Notes: generated by a model not told the origin, from the letters alone. A DNA stretch of 64,000 bases from Mizuhopecten yessoensis (GCF_002113885.1 NW_018406415.1:1007735-1071734); one strand, 5' to 3'; shown: positions 37,801 through 51,857, counted from the first letter of the stretch. A program made the numbers and translations.

Positions 37801-40800
37801 CTACATGTGTAGCGGTAGAGCATCTGTCTTACAGGCCATGAACTACACATGTATTAGAAGAGCATCTGTCTAAACAGACAGTGAACTACATGTGTAGCGG
37901 TAGAGCATCTGTCGAAACAGGCAGTGAACTACATGTGTAGCGGTAGAGCATCTGTCTAAGAGTTAGAACCCCGGTTTGGCCATGCATTTACCCGCTCCTA
38001 CTACATTTGGTGCCGGACCAACCTTTGTTTCAAGTACTAGGTGAATGCTTGACAAGGGGGAACCCAAACTTGGTTGTAAGTAGTGTTGTCTTCGTACATG
38101 TAGCTCAATTGGTAGAGAGTCCATCTAGAGCTACTTGGAGGGCCCCAGGTTCAAACCCTGGTCTAGCCTTGCATTTTTCAACTCCTACTATACAGGTAGT
38201 AGAACAATGTATGAAAAGACCTAGGCAAGATGTTAGTAAAATATGAGCTTCAGATAGGAATGAATTATCCAACATTACACTGTAAACATAAATACTTCTT
38301 CTCTGCGTTGATTTCATAACTTCAATTACTGTACTCTTTTTATCAATAAGCATTTTATAATTATCTGCCGCCATTTTCTTCCAAATATGAACTTAGTACG
38401 GTAAAATTTGATACGATTCTTCGATTGGAGTTTCAGTATCAATGTTGTGATAACTAATGCTTTGTTAATTTTCACATCATACGTGTAATTATACTTACTC
38501 TATGTGAATACGTATACTGGTAGGGAAAATGAACATTTCCTGAGATGTCTTCATACACAGTGGGAACAATCTTCACAATGTAGTCATGGGTGTGAATGGC
38601 TGTAAAATCAACATTGATTAATTCAACCATAGTCCATCAACACAAACAAAATCCAATTATTTGCCATATTAAGTATCCTGGAACAGCGGATGCTTTAAAA
38701 TTTAGGTTAAGTGGCAAAGATGAAAAAGGTGTTATATACCACACAAAATGACATCATCTTTCACATTTGTCAACAAAGAATCGAAGGTACTGAACATTTG
38801 AACTCAAAAAATGTGTTTCTATGTACCGTTACTTCCTAGTAAGGATTCATGAAAAATATTATGTTCTTTCAAAACTGGAGGTTATCATGTGTGGGAATAA
38901 GAGTACATGTCTTTCTCCTTTGGGGCAAGACATGTTTGGGGGATCTTAACCGAAGGTGGGAAACTCTTCAGATGTCAAACAGGAGGCCTAGGTTTGCGAA
39001 ATGTTTGACAACCTCTACATTTTTCCTAAGGTTGAGATCCTCTTTAAGATCCCAAGTGGAGAAACGACCTTTTCCTTATTCTGTTGGCCCAGTCATATAA
39101 TATACTATGTTGACAATTTTTTCATGATCGCTGTCCGACTGCAATATTGCAGTTTTTCGTAAATATAGTTACCTCCCCTTAACTTCATTTAAGATATCCA
39201 GGTATAGCAATAGCATAACAACCTGAACTCCAGCTTTCAAATCTTGGTTTATGAATGGTGAATATTTACACTCAGAACTGTTGTTGATTATTTGTTGTTT
39301 ATTTCAATTTTCATCATAGTCCTGTCCTGCAAGGCATGTTTTTTTTTTAAGAAATGATTTTTCAAAGTTACAATATATTCCATTCCAGAAAAATCTGTTT
39401 TCAATCTGTACTTACAATTTTTTGTCAGTAGAACAGGAATCTTTAATGCATATTTAATGTGACATCATATTACATTTTTTTTTATGACAGGAAAAATCCC
39501 CTTGTCTCAACCTAATTAGGGTAAGGGAAATATATTTCTGGTAAAAGTGAAGATACACCTGTCAGGTTTCAGAAAAGGATTTATTAGACATGGACTTCAC
39601 ACACAGTACATGTGTATTCTGCATAGTAAGTCATCTATGCGTGTGCTTGGTAAATTACTCACCGTTGGCTTCTCGTCTGTCAACATCTTCTAGAGGGTTA
39701 AAAGAACCCCTCACAGCCTGTCAAAGAAACAAAAACAAAAATAGAATAGAAATTGAATATGTTTATACAAATGGGAAGTGATATTAAGCGAAATCTACTG
39801 TAGAACTGAAATAAATCGTTTTCATTTTTTTATGAAAAAAAATCTGCCAACCACATTAATCTCAATTAAAAAAAAATCTGCACATCCTTTTTTACTATTT
39901 TTCTAATCATCAATGCCTATTTGAGTAAGTCTTTTGAATGTCATCGGCCCAAGAAATACCAAAGATCTTTTTACTTATATTTATATGTAAATTGGTTCTC
40001 CTTTATGGAGAGAATCTGTATTTCCCATTCTCTTGAAGGCGGCCATGGTAATTTTTATCAATGATCAAGGACACAAAAAACGATCAAAGTCGTGTGACTT
40101 TTTAATATTTTCACGATGAACCCCATATAGCTACATACAACTGGCTGACAAGTAACAATTGACTGAAATCTCCTGCCATCAAGTCACTTCACCCTTACTA
40201 TGCTCAACCAACAAATGTGTGTCTGGATATTAAAAATTCTACTTGAGACAACTATCTTTTCAAATTTTCAAGATAGGTGAATTACTAGCACCCATGTTTT
40301 GCTACAAGACCTTATATAGGCTCAATTTACATGTGGGTCTAAAACTTTATTCATTTTACAACAATTATGAAACAAGTTCTTTCAACTTATATTAATCAGT
40401 CTTGTTGGCCCGGATGTTAGCGCGCGGGGGGGTCTTAGTGTGGGGGGGGAAACCGGAGAAAACCCACGTGATCGGGCAGGTGACCCTAAACCTTTTCGTG
40501 TCTGATCGGGGAATCGAACCTGTGGGTTACTAGCTATAGGCTAGAGATTTACTTTTTAACTTTGTGACTAGGATGTGTGCGAACCTACCTTGTCCGCCTC
40601 AATGTCAATGTCCATCCCGAATCGGACCTTTTGGATGATGTGTGTCATATCTGGGTTCTGAGGTTGAACTTTGGCTGAATGTGTCGACACATGAAAGTTT
40701 CCAGGAATCTGAATTAGAGTTGAAAAAATTATCAAACTACATTAAAGGAGTGAATATTTTGTGAGTTATACATAATTTTATGAACCTATTTATCCCAGCA

Positions 40801-43800
40801 ACATACAGATATGACATTACAAAAATGTATTTCCACTTTGCTAAATTTCACAGTAAAATGTACTTGTCTTAACTGATTGGAAATGTTCTATCCTTAAACG
40901 AATATTTATTTATAGATAATACAGATTATAGATATAAGGATAAATAGATTTTAGAACTATTGCCAATGTGAAAAAATGTCCACGTTGCAAAATGATTTTA
41001 AAGGGTCACGATGCAAACATTTCCACAAGTGAAAATTTTCGCTTTCAAAGTACTTTAAGATAGATATCATATTACCATAAATAGATAATGACAGTTTGGA
41101 CATGTAAAGCAATACAATTTTGCTTTTTAAAAGATATCTTGTCGCAAGCTTTTTCCTACTGACCAACAGATGCACACATGCATCCAAAAAGGCACTAACA
41201 AAGTGATAGCTATAAACCCTCTCCACTAAGGGGGGGGTATAACAATATAATGCAATAACTGTCTCTTCAATTTTAGGCTATCTGAAAGCTGTTGGTCTTT
41301 TTAATAAAATTTAAGTCACCATAGCCACAATGCATGTTCAATTTTACATTTCAGTTTGGTTTGATGTTTTTATTTAGCATTTGTTTTTGTCGACCATTTG
41401 TTGGCCCTAATGACATATATATCCTGTGTTGATGGGCCATTAAGCATTGTTAATGATATATCGTATTGTTTTGTTCAGATATTAATTAAACTGAAAATCA
41501 AATGTAAATGTGAATCAACCTCTCGTTACAATAAATTTCAAATACCACTGATACAATCTATTATAATTTATATGAAGCATTAAAGGTGACGATGGGGACA
41601 CATTAATTGTCAAGTTATCAGAGTGACCTGCTCATTTATCCACACAACACTAATACTACAGATATAAACAAGGGGAGGACAAAGTTTACCTTATTGACAA
41701 GAAAATGGGATTCCATCCGACAGCCTTCACCACTTTCCGTCACCAATTCAAATTTCTGTGTGTTGTCCTGGAAACCCACCTCGTGTCTCCCCATGTCATC
41801 CTGAATATCTAGTCCAAGATCTGGAACAAAGTCAGCGTTCGTTTGTCAGCAATGTCTAGTAAATTGAACGGCAACTTAGTAAACAGCATGACTTAAGAGA
41901 CAAAAAAAAATAATTTAGTTACTACCATTTCTCAATACTGAAATTTATAACAAATAGATAAATAATTTACATGAGTTTTTACAGCATTCATATTCAAACT
42001 AAACTTTTTTCATATTCACATTTACATTTTCACATTTACATTTTGTATTCACATTTACATTTTGTATTCACATTCACATTTTGTATTCACATTTTGCACT
42101 CTCACACATTTTGCTTTTAACATTATAACATTGTGTATTCTCACACTAACATATTGAATTTATATATTTTGTATTCACATTTACTATTTGTATTCAAATT
42201 TTGTAATCACATTCAAATTTTACCATAATCACATTCACTTTTGACTGTACTTACATTCACATTTTAGGTTGGGGAGAGTAATGTTGAGAAATACAGGAAT
42301 CTTCTCTGAGTGTTTTACTGGATCTTCTACTGTCAACTCACTTGTCCTAAGATATAAATATGGCAGAGGTTTGCAGGACAATCTATATAATCCCAACGGT
42401 AAAATGGGCAAAAATGTTATTTTTTGCATCAATCCTCATAGCAGACAATAACAAAATATACTTGCATACCATATTATTTTAATAGCTTCAGGTGAAATAA
42501 TATACATACAAGAGGTCAAAATATAGGTCACTGTGACCTACTCTTAGTGTGCGACACCCTGCTATCCCTTGATGTATCAGTATCATAATAAGTACATGTT
42601 AAACAGTACAGATAGCAGATACTAGCTGTGAGAACTGTAGCCCAAGGTCTAATCAATTTTTTATTATTTTGAAATTTTCCAATAATCTGAAATTCTCAAA
42701 ATATCTAAAATTTAAAAAAAAATGATTGGACCTTGAGCTTGAGTTTCCGCAGCTAAAGAGATACTGACTGCATGAATACAAATATTACCTACAGGTGTCA
42801 CATGTGTTGGACTGCTACCTACCAAACCACAAGTCTCATTTGTCTATAGTGACATGCACCTGTAATAATAGATCTAGACTGTCTTACAGGTGAGCAGACA
42901 GACAAGGCTAGTGCCTGTGATCAGGAATTCAGGAATCAACAAGAATAAAGTTTATCCTGTATATGAGTTAGTAAAGGCAAAGTTTAATCTATTTGACAGC
43001 TAACTATGAAATTTGTCCAGTTTAATGATAATTAATGAAGGTTTGTTTGAACGTGACTGTGTACTGGGATTGTAGAGACTAGTTGCAGAAACACATGATA
43101 ATATTCCTGGGGACATGCATGTCTCTCGATAAATTGACTGTAACCACACACTGCTGTAGAGTTTAATATATATGCAGACCCCCCCTCTTATTTGGCATCA
43201 TTTCCAAAGCTACATATGTATATTCAGAGTTGACTTGATGAATTCATCATTGGAGCAACAAAAAAGCGAAACTTCTCTAATCTGACCTTTAAATATTCCC
43301 ACATCAAGCCTAATATGAACCCCTGAGTATTCTGAACTACTGTTATATATATATAACCCAGTACATTCTAACATCCTGTCTAATCTAGCACCAGAGTATT
43401 TTGACATCCTGTATAATCTGACCCCTGGATACTATCCTAAATATTGAAATCATGATTCCTGTCTAATATGACACCGGAGTAATCTGACATGTCTTATCAC
43501 ACTCCCAAGTATTCTGTCTAATCTGGAACCTGAATATTCTGACATGTATTTTAATCCAACAAAATGAAGTAATCTAGTCTCTGATAAAAAGTATTATAAA
43601 AGACTTGTCTTATCAGACATCCTGCATAATCTGACCTATATAGACATTGACCGATATGGTGTCATATTAGACAAGTTTCACTGCATACAGAGTAAAAGCT
43701 CTCCTTTCATGGTATCAATTCAGATATCTTAGACAGGTGGTTTTTTGTTGGCTTAGGTATATTTAATTTTGTGAGCATATGAAAGTATTTAAAACCATTT

Positions 43801-46800
43801 TTCTTCATTTTTTATCCTGTGTTTTCAAAGGTTTCATAATATCTAATGTTAATCTAAGTCATCTTGTTATAAAACATCTTTGAGGTATAAAAGAAATGAG
43901 TTGGTTTCCTGCAAGGGTCAAAATCACCAAAAAAGATTATTTATAGATTTTAGAGTATGTTATTCTTTCTGTTGGGAGAAGATACTCTAATCATCAGAAT
44001 GTCTGCCTGAAATATAAAAGGCAGGAAAAACCCTGCCATGCAGACCCATTTTGAGAAATTATTTTTCCTTCAAAGCAAAACATATAGTTTACTTGAACTG
44101 AACTTTATGCAAATATATCTTGTCTTAATGAATATTTCAGCATTTTGTTGCCTTAAAAAGCAAACCAGCAATAGAATACATCAATGGACAAATAATACTT
44201 TTCTCGCACCTCAGACAGAGATATCCCATGTCATACCCCATGCTAGATTTTTCTATCTCGTCCGATCTGTCTTGTACCTTTACGTGACATTTCGCGGAAT
44301 TTTTACACTGCGATGTATTCATCCACACATTAACTGCTTGATATTGACAATTTGCATTACAAATGTCCTGTTTTGTCGTTATATGTATAGTTTTGATGTT
44401 GTTAGATATTTGATTTTGTAGAAAAATATAATCTACACTGTGAAATACGTTGTAATCTATGTAAGGGCGGCCTACATTTTTACGCGGTAGCATTCAAATG
44501 TAGTGTTAGTAGTGAAGAGGTCATTATCATTTGAGGCCCAAGGCGGGATACTTACAGTTTTAAGCAAAATTGAATACATGTAGTTCTTTTCAAACTAATA
44601 GGTGCGAGAAAAAAAATCAATTACCTGTAACTGAGCAAGATCGGGTTTTCTCAGTCTCGGGCTAAGATTCTGTAACATCTCAACCTCGGCTATCGTCTCG
44701 GTTGGGATTTTGTTACAGAATCTTAACCCTCGACTGAGATAACCCGATATCGCTCAATTACAGGTAAAAGGTTTTATTAGTCCAGTTCAACAATATATAC
44801 TTCAAACGAGTGTCTAAACACCTGTCCAGTATACTTCACAACAGCAAGGGAGTACATACTACATACCCGGTAACTGATTTTAGTATTTTGCATGCATTAT
44901 ACTCACGTTTCCACGCTTATAAACAGTGACAGTTCCGATAGAAAGAGAAAACATATAAATAGAACGCTGCTGATGGAAATACAGGCTCCTGTTAAGGTCG
45001 GCTGGGTCAAGTCCTTTGGAACCTTCCGATAGATGTCAAACCTAGAAACAAAACAGAAGGAAATCTGTCAGTCTCATCCCATTACATCAATACAAATATA
45101 AGCATACATTAGTATGTTCTTTTGGGCAAAACAATTTTCATAAGAAGTATGGGTGGGGGGAGGAGGTGGAGGAAGAAACACTTTCTATCCGTCACCTCTG
45201 GTCTTTTGAAAAGCTATAATACATGTATTTAGGTTGATATTATGAACCCTGTTACTAGAATACTTACCTGGAGGTAAATATATTAATTACTAGAATCTCC
45301 CCCTAATTTGAGGGTATGACACATAGAAACTTCCAACTAGAGGTGTGATTATGTTTGGTTGTCTCTCAGAAGGTAAGACAACCTGTTACCATATAATCAC
45401 CCTGTGGTAAAGTTCTGCATGTTAACTCTGTAAAATTTCCTCCATATCTCGGAAAATGGTGAAGACACTTTAAAACATATAACGGTCATAGAAATAGCAT
45501 AATGTACTCCAAAAGGAATTATTTACATTTTGCTATATTTGTAATTTGCCAGCTAGCTAGTACCTGCGTAGTGGTCAAGGTTAATTACTGATGTTTCGAG
45601 ATACATGTTCTGTATAGGACACATGCCATTCGGCACACCTCGGCAGATCTACATCTAACGATGAAGGGTTCCGAGGTTAGCCGAATGGGGCACATGCAAC
45701 ATTTATTCTGGAACTTCTTCTAAATTAAATGGACCCGATTCCAAAAATCTCAGCATGAAAAGGTTTGATTTTACACAGTACACCGACATTAAAATTAAAA
45801 TATGTTGACATCAATTGTTCCACAGATTATAATATCTGACAATAATGCTGAAATAGTGAGTCAATATAATTCTTCTATGCATTTATTTTCAGGGTTTTTT
45901 CAATGACAAGAAACTCCACAATGACAAGATTTAACTTAGTTTTTATTTTGATGATTGACAGCTAACATGAAATGTGTATGTAATTATAAATGATACTGGT
46001 CATTTATTGCAAATCATGAATCATAAATAATGGAAGCCAAGTTTTGAGCGAGTTTCATGTAGGTGTGTTTGGGGGATGTTAATCAAACTACACATTTTAA
46101 TTAACCCTTTCACCCCTATGTAACTTTAGTAGACTCTACCATGCATTGATATGGAGGGGTCCATTATGGTCTACAGTGGTGAAAGGGTTTTAAACCAGCT
46201 AGTGGCTACACCACGGAAAGGTGCGTTCAATTTCTATGCAGGGCTCTGACCACAATTAATTTCCCCATATGTTCTTTCAAAAAAAAAACCCTTTAAATAA
46301 TGTTATATAATTTTGCTCATATCAATGTCATATTGTTAATAGCATCTTCCAGTTTATATATAATGTTTGACCATTTTACCCCTCGGTAACTTAAGTAGAC
46401 TTTAACATACATTCATCTGGATGAGTCCATTATGGTCTACAGTGGTGAAAGGGTTAACGATGGTGGCTAATTTGTGCCATTTCATTGTTTTGTATTTATG
46501 CCCCCAAAAAACATGATTTGATAACTTTTAATCTTGTTGCTTTGTCTTTTTGGGGTTAAAAGAGGAAAGAACAAAAAAAAGAATTGTTCATTCTCGTCTT
46601 TTTGGGAAGAAAAGATGAAAGAACGAGAATCAAGGTTTGTTAATTATAGTCTGTTTGGGAAAAAACAGACAAAAGTACAAGAATCAAGGTTTCTTAGTTA
46701 ATTTTTCGTCTTCTTGGAAATCACTCAAATCAGCCACCATATTTATCAAAAACATGTTTTCTCAATAAACATCTATGAACATATGTATGTATAAATATTG

Positions 46801-49800
46801 GTAGTATGTTTAACAGCAATTTCTTTTTTAAAACATCAGAATTCCTAGTACATGTATTAATATTTAAGCAGGACCTGGAGAACATAAACAAATGATCTAA
46901 TGGGAAAATGGCATAACAAGAAAGACTGTTGGCAAGTCACTGTATATCAAACATGTCACACGTTTTACATTTAAGGCACAATCTAGTTATGTTACATTCA
47001 TCAGTGAACTTAAGGTGTTGACATCTTCCAACAATGATTAATTTTGAAGTTTTACTGACCTTTTCAACATGGTGTTCAATCTCCCCTGGCTTAGACTATT
47101 GCAACTAGATAATACTCTTCACATCTGTTCAGACACTGGGATAACTAAGATCCAAGTATGACTGCCCTAGCCTATAGCACTTACACTTCTTGAGAAGTAT
47201 ATCCTATAAAAACTATAACTTCATGTTAGATCTCAATGTGAATGTTTGACATCAACGCCAGACAAACAACATTTAATATAGTCTCATCAAGTTCTTCTCC
47301 TATGTCAAGGCCAAACAAAAAATACCTGTTCAGGTTTATTAAACTATGTAAACTACAAACAATTCTCTTGTAATGACTCTGAGGGTCCTTTTTCACACGT
47401 GAGCTTGGTGTTAAATAAAGGCAATTATCTGAACAAATGTTGAAGAGGTTTCTTCAGTGAGCTTCATTAGTATGTAGCTTTAGTACATGTTCATATGAAG
47501 TGGTGATTTATAGGTCAAATTTAAAACCAATCTCTTAAAATACAACACATATGAAAATACACAGTGTTTCTATCAATATCATGCTTTGCTTTACATTTTT
47601 AGGCAAAAACAAGTTCCATGTAACAGGACTGAAAAAGGGTATGATGGTAATGTTTTATTTTTATTTATTATTTGCTTATTAAAGAAAATTATTACAAAAA
47701 TGATTAATCATAATTCTTCAGACCAACTTGTATTATTTTCTAATTGTATTTGTAAGTCTTTTAAATAATAATACGGGATTTAAATTAAAACTAGGGCCGG
47801 TTGGGGTACGTTAAACATGTTTTTTTGCCCTTATCACATTTTCTTCTTACACATAACATTAAGTAGAATCTGCTTTATGTTGTTTTGTTTTATTTATTTT
47901 TTTACCAGTGTAGTATTGTGTATTTGAGTTTATCACAGGTGCTTATATCAAATCTGCACTCTTCACTAAAACATCCTGGACATGACAAGTCAATAGCAGC
48001 TTGTAGAAGTACCAATAGTTGTATGGGTATCTTTGAGAATATGTTTGTGTTTCGTACCATTATAAATTTTAAAAAGATCCATTTCAATCCATAGTTTTAC
48101 ATTCAAAACGGCAAAGACAATACTATGTCGTCATTCTTTGAAGTCATATTCATTTCAAAATACATTTCAAAGAAACTGTTTTACCTATTTTGTAGAACAC
48201 ATTTTTTGCAGAAACAAGATTAATAGAATCTCTCAACCCCTTGGGGGTGACATAGGGGAATTTCAACCAGAGGGAGAAGCTTCTTAAGTTGAGAACTTAA
48301 CTTAAGAATCTTTTCCCCGAGGGTTGAGATTCCCTTTTCTCACCCACAAGGGGTGAATGATTCTTTTTCTCTTACCCTGTTCACCCATTGTGTATCATAT
48401 ACAAAATGTAATGATAACGCTACATGCTAAATTCAGGGTTGACGTGACGTTGATGGATTTTTGATTTGACGTCATTGTATTGTTGAAGTGACGTCATACC
48501 ATTGTTATGAATAGGGTGATCCCCCCGTCTCGACCCTAGGGTGAGACAAGGAAATCTCACACCGGTAAAAGTGTGGATACACCTATCCAGGGTAAGAGAA
48601 CATGTTTTCTCGCACCTCAGACAGGGATATCCCATGTCATACCCGGTGTACTAGATTTTCTATCTCGTCCAATCTGTCTGGTACCTTTAAGTGAAATATT
48701 TTGGAATTTTTACACAGCGATATATTCATCCACACGTTAACATGCTAAAAAAGATCTGTAACACCCCAACCTCGGCTTACACGACCATTGGGATTGTGTC
48801 ACAGAATTTTAGCCCTCACCTGAGAGAACCTGATCTTGATCATTTACTAGTTATTAGATTTTATTATTCTTAAATTGTTACCAGTTCCGTCAAGAGGCCA
48901 ATGTCAAATGAAAACCATTCGTGAATTTTTGTCAAAAAGTTGAATTAATTATCACATCATGATTGGTCCCAAATTGCAGTGTTGCAAAGACCTGAACAGT
49001 TTCTGATCGGCAAAATATTCACATGTTATAGTTCATGTTGCTATAAGGTTATATCATTAACATTTTTGGTTGGTAGGTTTATAATATTTAAGTACTGCAC
49101 AAAGAAAATATAAATATTATTTATGAACTGATTGAGCAAAGTATAAACAATTGATAATCATGCATGTTTTAATAAGGGGAAAAAAACACAGTATCTAAAG
49201 TCAGATTATCCCCAATCTTATTCAAATCAGCTAAATTTTCCCATCAAAAGAAATGATAATTTTTAAATAAGCTTTGAAGTTAATTTTCTTCAAAATCTGG
49301 ATCACTCTAGATCTGTCGCAGATATGGAGAGATCAGGAACGATTCAAAGTGAGGCAGTCTTACATTGGCCTTTCAGGGTCACACTATTGTTCATGATGTC
49401 ATCAAAAATCAATTCCATGAGGTGTCAGGGTCATGCAGGGTCACTGACGTCATTAACAATTCTGGGCTTCATATGCAAATGAGAAACTGGCAGACAGTAT
49501 ATTTTGGTTATATCATTGCAGATTATTTTGCTTGAAGAATCAAATGTGGTATTACATATCACAGGTACATTAACAGATGTAAAACTGATTATTTTACTAG
49601 GATGCAAATTTATCGATTGTCAAGAATAATTTCTATTTTGATAATCTATTCTAATGATGAGTATCTGATAATAACACAGTTTTGTAAATTTTCTGCTTTA
49701 GCTACAGTCCGTTTTAATACAGTTCCACTGATCATGAGCATGTCATGATAATACGGTTTACAAGATTTGCGTGGCATATATATTCAGTTTTGTAGGCTTC

Positions 49801-50396
49801 AATTTCTTCCTTTTATTACTTATGTTCTTGTTTCCACTCTACCATTGGAGAGAAAAAAATACGAATTGAAATGCAATTTGTTATGAATTTTTTTTTATTC
49901 TTTAAAGTAATTTTTAAATGTAGTCCTGTAGGCTTTATGCAGAGACGTTAATAGGTCTCTGCTTTATGATGTGCAATCTAAGATTATCTGCCATTGATCA
50001 ACATAATTCATTAATTGAAATTATTAATGTCGCCATATGATATAGATGATTTATTAAACAAAATCAAAAACAAATAGGCCTAAACGAGAGACATGATGAT
50101 GGAAACGTGAGTTATAAAGAAAATTTGATTCCCGGGTCGTTATAAATATTAGCATAAATCTATATAGATGCATCAACAAAAAAAAGTCTGTCGTATATTG
50201 TCGCATTACATGTAGCTATAGCCAGTCGGTAAGTAACACGTATGCAGTACGAGAGCGAGACATATTCTTGTCAACTTGCTGTGACAGTTCAAGACAGTTC
50301 CGGGGTCTCAGCTTCAATCTCGATCATTTACACGTATATCAGCAACGGCACATGTGGAATTTCCTGTAATACATACCTCCGAATGTCGAACTGCAT
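34816..50396 (-). CDS. ERGIC1: Endoplasmic reticulum-Golgi intermediate compartment protein 1 (ERGIC-32), 9 exons, 294 aa
   Basis: Exons 50396-50377, 45041-44907, 42346-42255, 41820-41690, 40708-40589, 39717-39663, 38599-38499, 35494-35372 and 34923-34816 (885 nt, GT-AG, in frame). Translation MQFDIRRFDIYRKVPKDLTQPT...LDIQDDMGRHEVG...PGNFHVSTHS...PAIWFRYDLSPITV...ICAIVGGTFTVAGILDSCIFTASE is colinear with vertebrate ERGIC1. Confidence 0.95.
35508..37958. repeat. 41-43 bp minisatellite (AACAGGCAGTGAACTACATGTGTAGCGGTAGAGCATCCGTCT), ~58 units, ERGIC1 intron 7
   Basis: Directly visible head-to-tail array without unique spacers. Confidence 0.97.
37920..38194 (+). mobile_element. TRIM-like element: tRNA-derived LTR - PBS - short internal region - PPT - tRNA-derived LTR
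   Basis: Two related repeats end in CTCCTACTACA (38005) and CTCCTACTATA (38192). TGGTGCCG follows the first, AAGGGGGAA precedes the second (starting TGTAAG at 38075), and the second has TAGCTCAATTGG and GGTTCAAACCC boxes. Confidence 0.6.
42005..42240. repeat. Low-complexity (TTCACATTTACATTTTGTA)n
   Basis: Directly visible. Confidence 0.8.
42623..42755. mobile_element. Older MITE related to 6683-6795
   Basis: TAGCTG...CAGCTA TIRs with degenerate 9-bp TSD AGCAGATAC/AAGAGATAC. Confidence 0.6.
44197..44780. mobile_element. Non-autonomous DNA element with long internal palindrome; related copy at 48225-48870
   Basis: Shared block TTTCTCGCACCTCAGACAG.GATATCCCATGTCATACCC...ATTCATCCACAC in both copies, and a ~145-bp hairpin at 44621-44767. 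Confidence 0.7.
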
Positions 50397-51109
50397 CTTG
50401 TACGTCAATTTTATGTTTACAGCTGGCAAGTGAAAATGTGCCAACCGGTAGACGTAAAGCGGAAGTTACGTAGTTGTCTGGCGAATTCGATTGGCTTACA
50501 TATAGAAAACGAAAGTAAGAGTGAGATTTTGACATACAAATGAATATGCATCTACTGTATTGTTAAAATATCGATATAGCCTATCTATATGTTTAAAGTA
50601 GTCGAGCTTACCGACAAGAAGCCAAATATCAAACCGATACAAATACAAAAATGTATTAGCAGGTTCGCGTTTATTTATTTTTGTTTTGTAAGAGTTGTCC
50701 CCCTTTGTTCTCCTGTATTCTTTCACAATCGCTTTTACCGGTTAAGCGGATTAGGAAGCTTAAAGGCCAAGGACGACCTAGTTTTAAATCCGTACGGATT
50801 CTTATCAGTAAGAGACGGAGTCGAGCAGCTCTTAACAGCAAACTCCCTAGCAGCAGCAAATTGTAAACACATACACGTGGGCATACATGTGCCAGGCCAC
50901 TAGCTCATAACACGTCTTGGAGATCGCATGCTAAAATAAGGTCTACTTACTATATGGTGTGACATAAATCCCAAAATCATATTAATTTAGTTCTACAAAC
51001 ACAGAGTGATAACTCATAAATAAGACACAATCTTCATCATTCTGTTCCATATGTTTGATATGTAAGTATAGCTCAATGCACTATACACTTTTCCCCCTTT
51101 TGCTGTTCT

Positions 51110-51857
51110 TCATGCATTGGGAATGTTTTTCCGATCGAGAGATGTGTATTTACGGTCTACATTGGTGTTCCAGTGACACACTGCAATAACAGATCGTGTT
51201 TCATATTGTTTGTCACTAAATGAAATCCGTTTATCATGAAAAATGTTCATCACGTTGTTAAAACTTTCAACATAAAATGTGTCTCGTGCAAGGACAAAAT
51301 CATGTGGACTCTTATACAACACATAACTTGTTAGCACTTTGAATAGGAGTTTTATGGCGACTGCATCTGAAAGAATTTGTCTAGATGGTTCATCATTTTT
51401 ATCTTTCCTGCATCTACTCTCAGCATAACACCCCGCGTGATTTCCTTTGTAATGCTCAATGATGTTGAGAAGGTTCCGTTTCAGGATCTCAGGGTTCCCA
51501 TTACAATTTTTCATACACCAGAACGCATGTGTGAGTGTCGTTTCAACTTTGTCCTGAAGAAGAGGTGACCAAGTTTCCCTTTTTGATATAGCGGCCCTGT
51601 TGACACATTGTGCAATGCCTTTTTTCATGTTCTTTGTTGCATGCCAGCTATCGTTTTTGGTTTGTTGAGTGTCCTGTTTCTCTGACATATTTGTTGATTG
51701 CCATGTTTCTGTCGTGTGTGTGTACATTGATGGTGACAACAATTTCATTCATTTCTTCATAAAATTTCACAGTGCCAAAATTTTTCGTGTCGCTGGGATA
51801 CTGGGTCATTTGCTTTTCTAACACAAATTTGCAACAGGTTTTGAGAACACTTTGCAT
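51110..51857 (-). mobile_element. Frameshifted Mutator-like (DDE) transposase remnant
   Basis: Two overlapping frames give HTHDRNMAINKYVRE...NDSWH (DxxH)...THAFWCMKNC...YVESFNNVMNIFHDKRISF...HWNTN, typical of eukaryotic Mutator-like transposases. Confidence 0.65.

Noticed and set aside
35508-37958. CRISPR-like array, or Cys-rich repeat proteins from the ORF track
   Set aside because: Units are contiguous with no unique spacers, there are no cas genes, and the array is in a eukaryotic intron. The ORFs are translations of a 42-bp repeat with frameshifting length variants.
50589-50903. Possible gene divergent from the ERGIC1 promoter
   Set aside because: No recognisable domain and no convincing splice sites.
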